Part shown: positions 1 through 9,973 of the stretch, in pieces | How the letters are laid out: each line of letters opens with the position of its first letter | Position numbering within the stretch: the stretch's first letter is position 1 | NCBI GenBank assembly: GCA_001800815.1 | Contig: MGWC01000001.1 | Coordinates: forward strand, 1 to 52,430 | DNA: 52,430 bases | DNA from: Euryarchaeota archaeon RBG_19FT_COMBO_56_21 | GTDB lineage: Archaea > Thermoplasmatota > Thermoplasmata > UBA10834 | Reading direction: 5' to 3' | Notes under the pieces: model-generated | The model's input: only the letters and a program-made list of their open reading frames with translations | The model's database searches: none | Told to the model about the DNA's origin: nothing | Position numbers and translations under genes: made by a program

Positions 1-43
1 GTACCGATAAGTATTATATACTCTGGAGGCCATTTTATTGCCT

Positions 44-61
44 GTCCGACACGTGTCGGAC
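44..61. promoter_or_regulatory. Perfect 18-bp palindrome GTCCGACACGTGTCGGAC downstream of a TATA-like box (TATTATATA, 12-20), upstream of smc
   Basis: Self-reverse-complementary sequence read directly; lies about where an archaeal transcription start would fall. Confidence 0.5.
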
Positions 62-146
62 TTCACTGGGATGGGATGCAGAGACAGCGACCTAGAGATA
101 TCTTCATCAGGCCATGTTTTCGCGTCCCCCACTGAGAGGGAAATCG

Positions 147-3100
147 ATGTACCTAAAGGAGATCGAGCTCGAGAACTTCAAGTCCTTCGCGAGGAAGAGG
201 AGAATCCCGCTCTTGCAGGGCTTCACGTGCGTGACGGGGCCGAACGGAGCTGGCAAGTCGAACATCTCTGACGCCATCCTGTTCGTCCTGGGCCCGAAGA
301 GCTCAAGGGTCATCAGGGCAGGCAAGCTCACCGACCTGATATTCAACGGCGGGAAGGACAAGAAGGCAGCGAAGGAGTGCACGGTCAGTCTGATCTTCGA
401 CAACTCGGATCGCTTGATACCGATCGACTCCCAGACGGTTAAGCTGACCAGGACTGTTAGGGTCTCCGAGAACAACGCCGAAGGCTACTATTCCTACTTC
501 TACGTCAACGACCGGAAATCCTCCCTGGGAGAGTTCGACAACCTACTGGCGAACGCAAGGATATCCGCAGACGGGTACAACTTCGTCCAGCAAGGGGACA
601 TAACCAGGATCACCTCGATGAGCAATCTCGAGCGAAGGCGAATTCTTGACGACATTGCTGGGATCACCAAGTTCGACGAGGAGATCCAGAGCGCCGAGAA
701 AGAGAAGCTGGCAGCCGAGGAGAACATCGGCAGGCTCACGATCATCCTGGACGAGATCAAGAAGCAGATGAAGCAGCTCGATTCGGACCGCGACGGGGCC
801 CTGAAGTACAAGGACCTGCACGACAAGCATGGCATCGCACAAGCGTGCCTGGTTCTCAAGCGGAAGGAGTCGGTCGACAGGGAGATATCATCCCTGAGCG
901 AGCAGGTCACGAACTACACCTCAGAGAAGGAGAAGGCGGAGAAGAAGCAGGAGGAGCTGCGCCAGCAGCTCTACGGCATAGTCGTTGAGCTCGCCCAGGT
1001 CGAGCAGGAGATAAACGATCGAGGCGGCGAGGAGGCCAAGCAGATCAAGGAGAAGATTGACAACCTCAGGATCGAGATCGCACGCGCCAAGGACGCCGTC
1101 TCGAACTCCGAGGAGGCCATCGTCAATCTCAAGGAAGTCAGGAAGGCCCAGTCGGAGGACCTGAAGGCGGTCCAGAAGGACTTGGCCGCACTCGAGGAGA
1201 AGCTTGCACCTTTCAAGGACCAGCTGGAAACGAAGTCAAAGGTACTGGAAAAGAAACGCTCGCAGCTTACCACTCACCATGACGAGATATCGAAGTCGGA
1301 TTCGGACCTGAGCAACCTGCAGAAGGAAGCACTGAGCCTGTCCGTGGAGGTCACTGGAAAGGAAGAGAAGCTCCATGCGCTCAGGCTGGAGCAGGACCGA
1401 CTCGATGACCGCATCCAGAGGCTGAGGATAGATATCGGCAATCTGGAGGAAACGAAGAAGACCTACGAGTTCGAACTCAAGGACGCCGAGTGGTCGATCA
1501 AGGAGATAAAGAGCGAGACCAAGAGCTCGAACCAGGGGACGAGAAAGCTTCAGGAAGAATACCAATCCAAGCGGAACAAGGAGAGGAAGCTCCTTGACCA
1601 ATACCAGGATCTCGACAACGCGATCAAGACCCTCACCCGGGAATACACCCAGATGAAGGCAGAGGCGGAGGCCGTTGACCAGGTCCGGAGGGGCTACACT
1701 AACGCTGTCAGCACTATCCTTGAGGCGAGAGACAAGGGTGCCATCAAGGGAGTTCACGGGACAGTGGCCGAGCTTGCGGAAGTAGACGAAGGATACGAGA
1801 CCGCCGTCAATGTAGCAGCCGGCTCGAGGATGCAGGCGATTGTGGTAGACAGTGATGCGGTCGCTGCGGAATGCATATCATACCTCAAGAAGAGCAAGAT
1901 CGGTCGCGCCACCTTCCTGCCGATCAATAAGATGGTAGATGGAAGGCCGAGGGGCAAGGCCATACTCGCGTCCAAGAGCTCAGTCGGATTCGCGATCGAC
2001 CTCGTCAAGTTCGACGAAAAGTACCGGACAGCGTTCTGGTTCGTCCTGGGTGACACTGTCGTCGTGAAGAACTTGGACGAGGCCAGGAAACTGATGGGCG
2101 GGATAAGGCTGGTAACGCTCGACGGTGAGCTCGCGGAAGCTAGCGGCGCGATGGTGGGCGGCACGCTCGAGAAGAACCTTGTCAAGATAGGTGCACCGTC
2201 CGAGAACAGGATCGAGAAGAAGGCGGCCGAGCTCAGGAACGCCATCGAGGAGGCCGAGAAGGTTCAGGGCGAGCTCACGCAGCTGAAGACTGACATCGCA
2301 CAACTGGAGGCGACCATCCGGGATATGAACGCGAAGGATGGCGGCGAGAGCGTCAAGGTCAGCACGCTCGAGGCGAAGAAGAAAGAGTTCGATGTCAAGC
2401 TCAAATCGATTGAGGAAGAGCTCAACGCCAAGAACAAGGACCTCTCGGACACGCTCGATCTGGTTGAGAGGACGAAGGAGGATGTCGGGAGGTTCGAGAA
2501 GGATATCGAGGGGACGAAGAAGAAGAAGGAGGCCAAGGACAAGAAGCTCCTCGAGGCCACCCCCAACGAGCTATCGAAGGCGCTAAAGGAGCTCGAGGCA
2601 GAGATATTCTACCTCGCGAACGAAGTCGCGAGCCTAAATTCCGAGATTCAGACCGGCACGAAGCAGATCGAGATAGTCCAGGCTAGGAGAGCCGAGCTCG
2701 AGACCGGCATCAAGAGCACGGACGAGAACATGGCCGCCCAGAAGGTCAAGGGCAAGGAGGGAGCCGAGAGCCAGGAGAAGATGGATACCGAGCTCAAGGC
2801 CCTGCAGAAGATGGAGCGGTCGATGGGCGACGAGCTCAACTCGCTACGCACGAAGAGAGACTCACTCTACAAGAAGAAGACCGACACCGACGCCAACATA
2901 GACAAGGCGGTCACCAAGGTCCAAACCTCGACTGATTTCGTCATGAGCCTGCAGACGAAGGTCGCGGAGGCAGAGAAGAAACTGCAAGAGGCCGAGGCAG
3001 AGCTTGCACAGTACGCGAATGTGAAGCTCCCCGAGGAGATTCCGTCGATGGAGGACCTGAGGATCACCGTCACGGACTGCGAGCGCCAGATGGCTTCGCT

Positions 3101-3755
3101 GGGCGCGGTCAACCTCAAGGCGATCGACGACTACGAGGACCGCAAGCAGCGCTTCGAGAGCCTGAAACTGGAAATCAGCCAGCTCGAGAAGCAGAAGACG
3201 AACCTCAACAAGCTTGTCGCCGAGCTGAACGACAAGAAGACCATTGGATTCATGAGGATTTTCGGAGGGATCAACGAGAACTTCAAGAAGGTCTTCGCCG
3301 AGCTGTCAGGTGGCGGAGATGCAGAGCTTCTCCTTGAGAACGAACAGGTCCCGCTCGCGGGCGGGCTGATAATGAAGGCCAGGCCGAGGGACAAGAAGGG
3401 CGTGAGGATGGAGGCGCTGTCAGGAGGAGAGAAGTCTCTGACCGCCCTGTCGTTCATCATGGCCATTCAGTCCCACCAGCCATCGCCATTCTACCTACTC
3501 GACGAGGTCGATATGTTCCTCGACGGCATCAACGCGGAGAACGTCGCGAAGGCCGTCAAGAGGGGCTCGAAGAACGCGCAGTTCATTCAGATATCCCTCA
3601 GGAATGTCACTCTGAAGGAATCAGACCACATAATCGGCGTCACGATGCAGCATGAGGGCATATCGGACATCGTGATGAAGCCGAACATCGGCGAGGGAAC
3701 CGAGGAAGTCCCCGAGGAACCTTCGGAGCAGAGGACGGAAGAGGAGGCAGCCTAG
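147..3755 (+). CDS. smc: Chromosome segregation protein SMC
   Basis: MYLKEIELENFKSF start (ATG 147), Walker A GPNGAGKS, long coiled coils, hinge GRATFLP, signature LSGGEKS, Walker B LLDEVD. Confidence 0.98.
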   Translation: MYLKEIELENFKSFARKRRIPLLQGFTCVTGPNGAGKSNISDAILFVLGPKSSRVIRAGKLTDLIFNGGKDKKAAKECTVSLIFDNSDRLIPIDSQTVKLTRTVRVSENNAEGYYSYFYVNDRKSSLGEFDNLLANARISADGYNFVQQGDITRITSMSNLERRRILDDIAGITKFDEEIQSAEKEKLAAEENIGRLTIILDEIKKQMKQLDSDRDGALKYKDLHDKHGIAQACLVLKRKESVDREISSLSEQVTNYTSEKEKAEKKQEELRQQLYGIVVELAQVEQEINDRGGEEAKQIKEKIDNLRIEIARAKDAVSNSEEAIVNLKEVRKAQSEDLKAVQKDLAALEEKLAPFKDQLETKSKVLEKKRSQLTTHHDEISKSDSDLSNLQKEALSLSVEVTGKEEKLHALRLEQDRLDDRIQRLRIDIGNLEETKKTYEFELKDAEWSIKEIKSETKSSNQGTRKLQEEYQSKRNKERKLLDQYQDLDNAIKTLTREYTQMKAEAEAVDQVRRGYTNAVSTILEARDKGAIKGVHGTVAELAEVDEGYETAVNVAAGSRMQAIVVDSDAVAAECISYLKKSKIGRATFLPINKMVDGRPRGKAILASKSSVGFAIDLVKFDEKYRTAFWFVLGDTVVVKNLDEARKLMGGIRLVTLDGELAEASGAMVGGTLEKNLVKIGAPSENRIEKKAAELRNAIEEAEKVQGELTQLKTDIAQLEATIRDMNAKDGGESVKVSTLEAKKKEFDVKLKSIEEELNAKNKDLSDTLDLVERTKEDVGRFEKDIEGTKKKKEAKDKKLLEATPNELSKALKELEAEIFYLANEVASLNSEIQTGTKQIEIVQARRAELETGIKSTDENMAAQKVKGKEGAESQEKMDTELKALQKMERSMGDELNSLRTKRDSLYKKKTDTDANIDKAVTKVQTSTDFVMSLQTKVAEAEKKLQEAEAELAQYANVKLPEEIPSMEDLRITVTDCERQMASLGAVNLKAIDDYEDRKQRFESLKLEISQLEKQKTNLNKLVAELNDKKTIGFMRIFGGINENFKKVFAELSGGGDAELLLENEQVPLAGGLIMKARPRDKKGVRMEALSGGEKSLTALSFIMAIQSHQPSPFYLLDEVDMFLDGINAENVAKAVKRGSKNAQFIQISLRNVTLKESDHIIGVTMQHEGISDIVMKPNIGEGTEEVPEEPSEQRTEEEAA

Positions 3756-4685
3756 ATGAGCTTCACGACCGAGTGCACCGACGTGCTGAACCACCTGATG
3801 TTCCAGAAGGCAATCATCGAAGACGACGCAGTCGCGGGTAGAGAGCAGAAGATCGAGAACTATCTCAAGATGGTGGGCGATATGCGCACGGGCGCATTGA
3901 CGCCATCGGAGGACCCCTTCGAGCAGAGCGTCGCCATGGTCTTCGAGCTGGTCGTCAACAGCCGCATGGACCCGTGGGACATCAACCTGATAGAGTTCTC
4001 AAAGATGTATCTGGCCAGGGTCCGAAAGGCAAACGAACTCAACCTCATCATCGCTGGAAAGATAGTCTACATGGCCTGGGAGATCCTGAAGCTGCAGACG
4101 GAGCAGGTCCTTCAACGCGTCGACCGACCGGAGCAGGTCGAAATGATGTTCGAAGGTTGGGACACGGATCACCTAGACCTGTTCGTGGATCCGTTCGACC
4201 TCGGCAGCGGTGAGGCTCTCCTTCACACGGATGAGCCCCCGATAGACGAGAAGGTAAGACGCAGGGGCGAGCGGCCCGTTACGCTCATAGACCTCTTGGA
4301 CGCGTTCGAGGAAGCGAAGAAGGAGGCGGACATCCGCCAAGAGCTTTCCAAGTTCATGCAGAAGTACAAGAGGCCGGATTTCGACGACAAGGCACACAAG
4401 GAGAGTCTCGAAGAGGACATCGCCCAGGTCTGGGAAAGGATACAGAAGTACGGGCAGGGCTCCGTGGCAGTCACGGACCTATACGCTGGGGGCAAGGAAG
4501 ACCGGATCAAAGTGTTCATATCAGTCCTGTTCCTCGCACAGATGGGAAAGATACAGGTGTGGCAAGAGAAGATGCCCTTCGGTGAGATCTTCCTAGAGGT
4601 CAAGGTTCCCTGGGACATCGCGCAGCTCGAAGACGCGTCTGCACTCGTGAGCGAGAAGATCGAAGAGGTCCCGGTGGTTAAGTGA
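3756..4685 (+). CDS. scpA: Segregation/condensation protein A (kleisin)
   Basis: MDPWDINL motif, C-terminal FISVLFLA..GKI.VWQE..FGEI winged helix; abuts smc. Confidence 0.93.
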   Translation: MSFTTECTDVLNHLMFQKAIIEDDAVAGREQKIENYLKMVGDMRTGALTPSEDPFEQSVAMVFELVVNSRMDPWDINLIEFSKMYLARVRKANELNLIIAGKIVYMAWEILKLQTEQVLQRVDRPEQVEMMFEGWDTDHLDLFVDPFDLGSGEALLHTDEPPIDEKVRRRGERPVTLIDLLDAFEEAKKEADIRQELSKFMQKYKRPDFDDKAHKESLEEDIAQVWERIQKYGQGSVAVTDLYAGGKEDRIKVFISVLFLAQMGKIQVWQEKMPFGEIFLEVKVPWDIAQLEDASALVSEKIEEVPVVK

Positions 4686-5200
4686 ACAGCGAAAGGATCA
4701 TCGAGGCCGAACTTTTCTCGGCCGCGAAGCCAGTGACAGTCACGGACCTCCAGACCGCTTCGGGGCTGGATGCGAGAACCATAAGGTCCGCACTGAAGAA
4801 GCTCATGGATGAGTACAACGAATCCGAGAGGGCGATTGAAATCGCCAAGATGGGCCCGCGCTACGCCATGCAGGTCAAGAAGGATTTCTCGAAGGAGGCC
4901 GGCAGGCTTGCAAATCTGAAGATACCGAAGGATGTCCTCAAGACGGCATCGCTTATCGCCTACTATCAACCAGTCCTGCAGAGCAAGATGTTCGACCTGA
5001 TTGGCAACAGGATATACGACGACGTGAAGGAGCTCATCGACCTCGGGCTCGTGAAGGCGAAACCTAAACGCAAGAGCGTCGAGCTGACGACGACCAAGAA
5101 GTTCATCGAGACGTTCGGAATAGACGCGCGCTCGCGCGGCGATGTCAAGGCTTGGCTCGAGGAACGCATCACGAAGATGACGGGTAAAGCCCCGCGCTAG
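4682..5200 (+). CDS. scpB: SMC-Scp complex subunit ScpB
   Basis: IIEAELF, LIAYYQPV, TTKKFIETFG motifs; overlaps scpA stop (GTGA). Confidence 0.93.
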   Translation: MNSERIIEAELFSAAKPVTVTDLQTASGLDARTIRSALKKLMDEYNESERAIEIAKMGPRYAMQVKKDFSKEAGRLANLKIPKDVLKTASLIAYYQPVLQSKMFDLIGNRIYDDVKELIDLGLVKAKPKRKSVELTTTKKFIETFGIDARSRGDVKAWLEERITKMTGKAPR

Positions 5201-5284
5201 CCGTGCGAACCCTCCATCCAGCATCATTCAGATAATGCGGAAAGCTTTAAATGCGGCCCAGCCATTGACGAGACTGTGATTTAA

Positions 5285-5500
5285 ATGGTGATGCCTCTAA
5301 GCTTGCTTGAGAAATCCATGAACAAGAAGGTTTCTTTGCTGCTTAAGGACAGCAGACTTCTTGTGGGCACACTCGTTGGATTTGATGACTACCTGAACAT
5401 GGTCCTTGAGAACACCGAGGAGACGAACGGCGACCAGGTGAAGCGCATGGGGACAGTGATCCTGCGCGGGAACAATGTCGTGAGCATATCCCCTCTATGA
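5285..5500 (+). CDS. Sm-like archaeal protein (SmAP/Lsm)
   Basis: Sm1 G.L.GFDDYLNMVL and Sm2 ILRGNNV motifs, 71 aa; TATA-like TTTAAA near 5246. Confidence 0.95.
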   Translation: MVMPLSLLEKSMNKKVSLLLKDSRLLVGTLVGFDDYLNMVLENTEETNGDQVKRMGTVILRGNNVVSISPL

Positions 5501-5601
5501 ATTCTGCTGGTTTCTGACAATACTGACTTCCAGCATCAGCGCTCTGGACCATTTCCCGCCCACACCATGCTTTTATAGATTCCATTCTCATCCAGAATGC
5601 C

Positions 5602-6585
5602 GTGAAGGCAGTACTCCTCGTAGGGGGAATGGGCACGCGTCTCAGACCCTTGACGTACAGGATCCCGAAGCCGCTGGTGCCCGTCATGGGAAAGCCCCTC
5701 ATGATGCACGTGATAGATTCCATCCCGAAAGAGGTCGACGAGGTCATCATTCCCGTGAGCTACAAGAAGCAGGTCATGGAGGAGTATCTTGCGAAGAATC
5801 CTCCTAAGAGGAAGGTCACCCTCGTCGACGAGCCCGAACCTCTTGGCACGGGGGGCGCAATCAAGAACGTCGAGAACCGCATTGACGGTCAGTTCCTCGT
5901 AATAAACGGGGATAGCGTGTCATCTCTCGATATCGCCAAGTTCATCGCTTTCCATAGGCATAAGAAGGCCTTCGCAACGATTTCGCTGTGGCCGGTTGAA
6001 GACCCAACACCTTACGGAGTTGTGGACCTCTCAGAGGACGGTAGGATACGGCGTTTTCAGGAGAAACCGAAACGTGAGGAGGCTTTCTCCAACCTCATCA
6101 ACGCGGGCGTGTACGCGCTCGAGCACGATATTCTGGACTTCATCGGCAAAGGGTTCGTATCCATGGAGAGAGAAGTCTTTCCGAGAATCCTCGACCGAGG
6201 CATGTACGGCATGTGCTTCGATGGCCACTGGATCGACTGCGGCCGGCGCGAGGACCTCCTGAGGGCACACTGGACGCTGATGGGAGAACAACTTCAGAAG
6301 ATAGACAAATCATCGGTCCACGAAGGAGCGGAAATTCGCAGACCGGTAGTCCTGGAGGGCAATTCCGTTGTCGCTGGCGCCTCCATCGGACCATATGCGT
6401 ATATCTCTGCCAGTGCGGTGGTTGGGCTTCGCTCGAGGATCGAGAGGTCCGTGGTGCTGGAAAATGCGAGAATCGGCACGAGGTGCACGATTGTCAACTC
6501 GATCATCGATGCGGGCGTGACCGTGCCTGACGGAGCTCATGTCGAGTCCAAGATTATCAGCAACGCGAAGCACGAACAGGGGTAG
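5602..6585 (+). CDS. NDP-sugar pyrophosphorylase (mannose-1-phosphate guanylyltransferase-like)
   Basis: GGMGTRLRPLT..PKPL, EPLGTGGA, EKP motifs, C-terminal hexapeptide beta-helix. Confidence 0.9.
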   Translation: MKAVLLVGGMGTRLRPLTYRIPKPLVPVMGKPLMMHVIDSIPKEVDEVIIPVSYKKQVMEEYLAKNPPKRKVTLVDEPEPLGTGGAIKNVENRIDGQFLVINGDSVSSLDIAKFIAFHRHKKAFATISLWPVEDPTPYGVVDLSEDGRIRRFQEKPKREEAFSNLINAGVYALEHDILDFIGKGFVSMEREVFPRILDRGMYGMCFDGHWIDCGRREDLLRAHWTLMGEQLQKIDKSSVHEGAEIRRPVVLEGNSVVAGASIGPYAYISASAVVGLRSRIERSVVLENARIGTRCTIVNSIIDAGVTVPDGAHVESKIISNAKHEQG

Positions 6586-6594
6586 GCGTATTCG

Positions 6595-6822
6595 ATGGCC
6601 AAGAAGCTGCGCAAGGTAACCACTCCCCCAAGACTCTTGCTGCTAGAACTACTGATACCTTGGGTCGCGATGGGCCTTGCGACCCTGCTGGGAGTGTACT
6701 TGGGGTTCGGAGATATCGCCATCACCGTCTTCGCATTGGCCTGCGCGCTCACGACAACCGTGATCGTGAGGTTCTGGGAGCAGAGACGGAGACGCGTTCT
6801 CGCGCGTAATCTAAAGACCTAG
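6595..6822 (+). CDS. Small membrane protein (2 TM), hypothetical
   Basis: Two hydrophobic stretches flanked by basic residues; fills the gap 9 nt after the previous gene. Confidence 0.55.
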   Translation: MAKKLRKVTTPPRLLLLELLIPWVAMGLATLLGVYLGFGDIAITVFALACALTTTVIVRFWEQRRRRVLARNLKT

Positions 6823-7824
6823 GGCTATCAACAGCAGGAAGGTCATACCAGCGATGGTCGCGGAAGCCGGTATCGTCAGGATCCACGCAGCCACGATTTT
6901 CCGGCCAACCCCCCACCTCACTGCTGACAACCTGCGCGTAGCGCCTACTCCCATTATGCCCCCTGATATCGTATGTGTTGTGCTCACTGGGATACCGAGG
7001 TTCGCTGTCCCATACAGCAACATCGCCGCCCCAGTCTCTGCGCAGAACCCCTGGTAAGGGTCGAGTTTCGTTATCCTGGAGGCCATTGTCTTGACGATCC
7101 TCCACCCTCCAAAGAAAGTCCCCAGGGATATCGCAGCGTGACATGCCACCATGACCCAGAGCGGGACAATGAACTCGGTCATGCTGGATGAACCGGGAGT
7201 ATCAATGAGCAAAACCAGAGTAATGATGCCCATTCCCTTCTGTGCGTCGTTCGTTCCGTGCGTGAATGAGTAGAAAGCAGATGACCCTAGTTGCAGCTTC
7301 CTGAACCACCGGTTGACGACCGTCCTGGAGAGCTTCCGAGCGATGCGCATGACAACGACGGTAAGAACGAAAGCCGCGGTCAGGCCAGCCAGCGGAGATA
7401 TCACTATGAACGAAACGGTCTTCATGGTTCCGCCCCAGACTATGGCGCTCAGGCCGGCAACCGCTCCCCCGGCGCCAATCAGTCCACCCACAAGCGCATG
7501 ACTGCTCGAAGTTGGGATGCCGAACCACCAAGTGATGATGTCCCATACGATAGCGCCCACTACTGCGCAGAACACCAGGAGCACGCCGTGCTCAAAGACC
7601 AATTCAGTGTCGATGATGCCCTTGCCTACTGTCTTGGCCACTTCTTGACCCACTATGATTCCGAGGAAATTGAATATCGCAGCCATGCTGACCGCCGCAA
7701 GAGGAGACAGCACCCTAGTGGCAATGATAGTGGCAATGGAGTTGGCAGAATCGTGAAACCCATTGACGAAATCGAAGCCAAGAGTCATCATTATCGTGAT
7801 GGCCGCGAGGCTGAGAAGTTCCAT
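6811..7824 (-). CDS. PiT-family inorganic phosphate transporter
   Basis: GFHDSAN and HGTNDAQK signatures, P.SSSHA and PVSTTH repeats. Confidence 0.95.
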   Translation of the reverse strand: MELLSLAAITIMMTLGFDFVNGFHDSANSIATIIATRVLSPLAAVSMAAIFNFLGIIVGQEVAKTVGKGIIDTELVFEHGVLLVFCAVVGAIVWDIITWWFGIPTSSSHALVGGLIGAGGAVAGLSAIVWGGTMKTVSFIVISPLAGLTAAFVLTVVVMRIARKLSRTVVNRWFRKLQLGSSAFYSFTHGTNDAQKGMGIITLVLLIDTPGSSSMTEFIVPLWVMVACHAAISLGTFFGGWRIVKTMASRITKLDPYQGFCAETGAAMLLYGTANLGIPVSTTHTISGGIMGVGATRRLSAVRWGVGRKIVAAWILTIPASATIAGMTFLLLIALGL

Positions 7825-7833
7825 CGAATCGAC

Positions 7834-8463
7834 CTACGAATTCTTGACAAAAACGTCCTTTATAACGTCTGCGGCATCTTCGCACTTGTCAGTGGCCATC
7901 TCCAAATTCTCATAGACCTCTTTAAGCTTGATGATATCAACGGCATCGTGCTTCTTAAAGAGGTTTGCCACCGCCACGTGAGTGATGTCATCCGCAAGAT
8001 TCTCAAGCCTGTTAACTTCGATACAGTGCTTCAGTATTTCGTTCTTCTTCTTGAAATTCCTGAGGTCCTTGACCGCGTGGTTGACTTCTCCAGCCGAACT
8101 CAGGATGACCTCAGCCAATCTGACCATGTCCGGGGGAACCGTCTTGAGCTCGTAAGACCACATCCTGTGCGAGGCGGCTTCGATGAAGTCCAGGATATCA
8201 TCCAGGCGCGAGGCGAGCTTGGACAAATCGTCATGATCGATAGGAGTCACGAAGGTTTTGTTCAGAGCCTCAGCCAGCTGGTGAACGACCTCGTCTCCCT
8301 TGTGCTCAATCTCTTTGATTTTATTCCTCTTCTCAGCGACGCTGCTGAAGTCCTTGGTCATCTCGAGGAGCGCCTCAGCACCCTCGAGTACTATGTCAGC
8401 CTGCATCTCCAGCATCTCGAAGAAATGCTTTTCCTGAGGAATTATCCATTCCTTGAAACCCAT
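7834..8463 (-). CDS. DUF47/PhoU-like phosphate transport regulator
   Basis: EHKGD, FVTPIDHDD, ENLADD, LEMATDKCED motifs; directly upstream of PiT. Confidence 0.92.
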   Translation of the reverse strand: MGFKEWIIPQEKHFFEMLEMQADIVLEGAEALLEMTKDFSSVAEKRNKIKEIEHKGDEVVHQLAEALNKTFVTPIDHDDLSKLASRLDDILDFIEAASHRMWSYELKTVPPDMVRLAEVILSSAGEVNHAVKDLRNFKKKNEILKHCIEVNRLENLADDITHVAVANLFKKHDAVDIIKLKEVYENLEMATDKCEDAADVIKDVFVKNS

Positions 8464-8601
8464 CCGCTGTGCCCCCTGAAGGGGGATTACTTGTAGTGGC
8501 TATAAACCCTTGTGGACTGACAAATGGAGATGATGCCTGGCACCTCGAAATCCAGACAAGGACCACAAGGTTTTATTTGCGATTCGAACATCACTGTGGC
8601 A

Positions 8602-9972
8602 ATGACCCAGGAGAAGAAGGCTCCCCGGCTCTTCGGAACGAACGGAGTCCGGGGCATCGTGAACTCTGACGAAATGGACCCAATGTTCGCGATGAAGCTC
8701 GGGATGGCGATCGGCTCCTTCATGAAAGGAAAGGTGATGATTGGCACAGACGCCCGCACCTCAAACGAGATGCTCAAGAGTGCCTGCGTTTCTGGACTAA
8801 TGGCGGTCGGATGCGATGTATCGGACTGCGGGGTTGTTCCGACACCGACCCTTCAGTATGCGGTCAAGATAGCCCAGGCTGCGGGAGGAGTGGTCATTAC
8901 AGCTTCCCACAACCCTCCGGAATTCAACGGAATCAAAGCCATCGACGCGGACGGAACTGAGATGGGCAGGGAGAATGAAGAGGCCATCGAGCGGATATAT
9001 CACGAAGGGCGCTTTACCCGTGCGGACTGGCGCAGAATCGGCCAGGTCACTCAGAATCTCACTGTGGTCGATAGATACATTGGGGGGATTCTCTCCAAGG
9101 TGGACGGCCTCGCTATCAGGAAAGCCAACTTGAGGATAGCGGTTGACTGCGGGAATGGAGCGTCGAGCCTCGTGACCCCCAAACTGCTCGAGCGACTGGG
9201 AGTGCGATACGTGACTCTCAATGCTGACCCGAATGGTGCATTCCCAGGACATAACAGCGAACCTGTTCCTGAGAATGCAGTGGATCTTGTCGAGCTGGTC
9301 AAATCGGGAGGCTTTGACTTCGGCGTCATCCACGATGGGGATGGCGACAGGACAATCTTCGTCGACGAGACCGGCAGATACCTTCAGGGAGACAGGAGCC
9401 TTGCAATCGTAGCCAACTACATCTGTTCTCTGAAACCCAACAGACTTATCGTCACCAATGTCGCCTCTTCCCAGTGCATCGAGGAGGCTGTGAAGATGGC
9501 TGGCGGCAGGATGCTCTACACGAGAGTGGGATCACCCACGATAGCTCGAGCAATGATGAAGGAAGGAGGGGTTTTCGGTGGTGAAGAGAATGGAGGTCTG
9601 ATCTTCGCGGAGTTCCAGTTCTGTAGAGACGGGGCCATGGCAGTGGCGAAGATGCTCGAGATTGTTGCGAAGACCGGACAACTCTCGAAGCTCAACGATC
9701 GCATCCCCTCATATTGTCAGTGCAAGAAGAAGACCGGATGTCCCGAGGGAAGGAAGCAGGCGGTCCTGCGGGAAATCGAGAAGGATGCCAAGGGGCTCAA
9801 GGTCGACACGACCGATGGCATCAAGATACTGTTCGACGAAGGCTGGGTCATAATTCGCCCTTCGGGAACCGAACCGATATTCCGAATATTCTCGGAATCC
9901 AAGACCGCTTCAAGGGCCGAGGAACTAGCTGAGAAATACAAGAAGAAGGTCGAGAAACTCGTCAACGGTTGA
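8602..9972 (+). CDS. glmM: Phosphoglucosamine mutase / phosphohexomutase
   Basis: LFGTNGVRG, TASHNP catalytic Ser, DGDGDR metal loop, GEENGG, RPSGTEP; start at ATG 8602 inferred. Confidence 0.88.
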   Translation: MTQEKKAPRLFGTNGVRGIVNSDEMDPMFAMKLGMAIGSFMKGKVMIGTDARTSNEMLKSACVSGLMAVGCDVSDCGVVPTPTLQYAVKIAQAAGGVVITASHNPPEFNGIKAIDADGTEMGRENEEAIERIYHEGRFTRADWRRIGQVTQNLTVVDRYIGGILSKVDGLAIRKANLRIAVDCGNGASSLVTPKLLERLGVRYVTLNADPNGAFPGHNSEPVPENAVDLVELVKSGGFDFGVIHDGDGDRTIFVDETGRYLQGDRSLAIVANYICSLKPNRLIVTNVASSQCIEEAVKMAGGRMLYTRVGSPTIARAMMKEGGVFGGEENGGLIFAEFQFCRDGAMAVAKMLEIVAKTGQLSKLNDRIPSYCQCKKKTGCPEGRKQAVLREIEKDAKGLKVDTTDGIKILFDEGWVIIRPSGTEPIFRIFSESKTASRAEELAEKYKKKVEKLVNG

Positions 9973-9973
9973 C

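Noticed and set aside
5496-5550. Possible box C/D sRNA after the Sm gene (two CTGA motifs)
   Set aside because: No convincing RTGATGA C box or terminal stem
7291-8496. 401-aa plus-strand ORF and similar long antisense ORFs (e.g. 4223-5227, 45257-46336)
   Set aside because: Antisense shadows of well-supported genes in GC-rich DNA; no motifs
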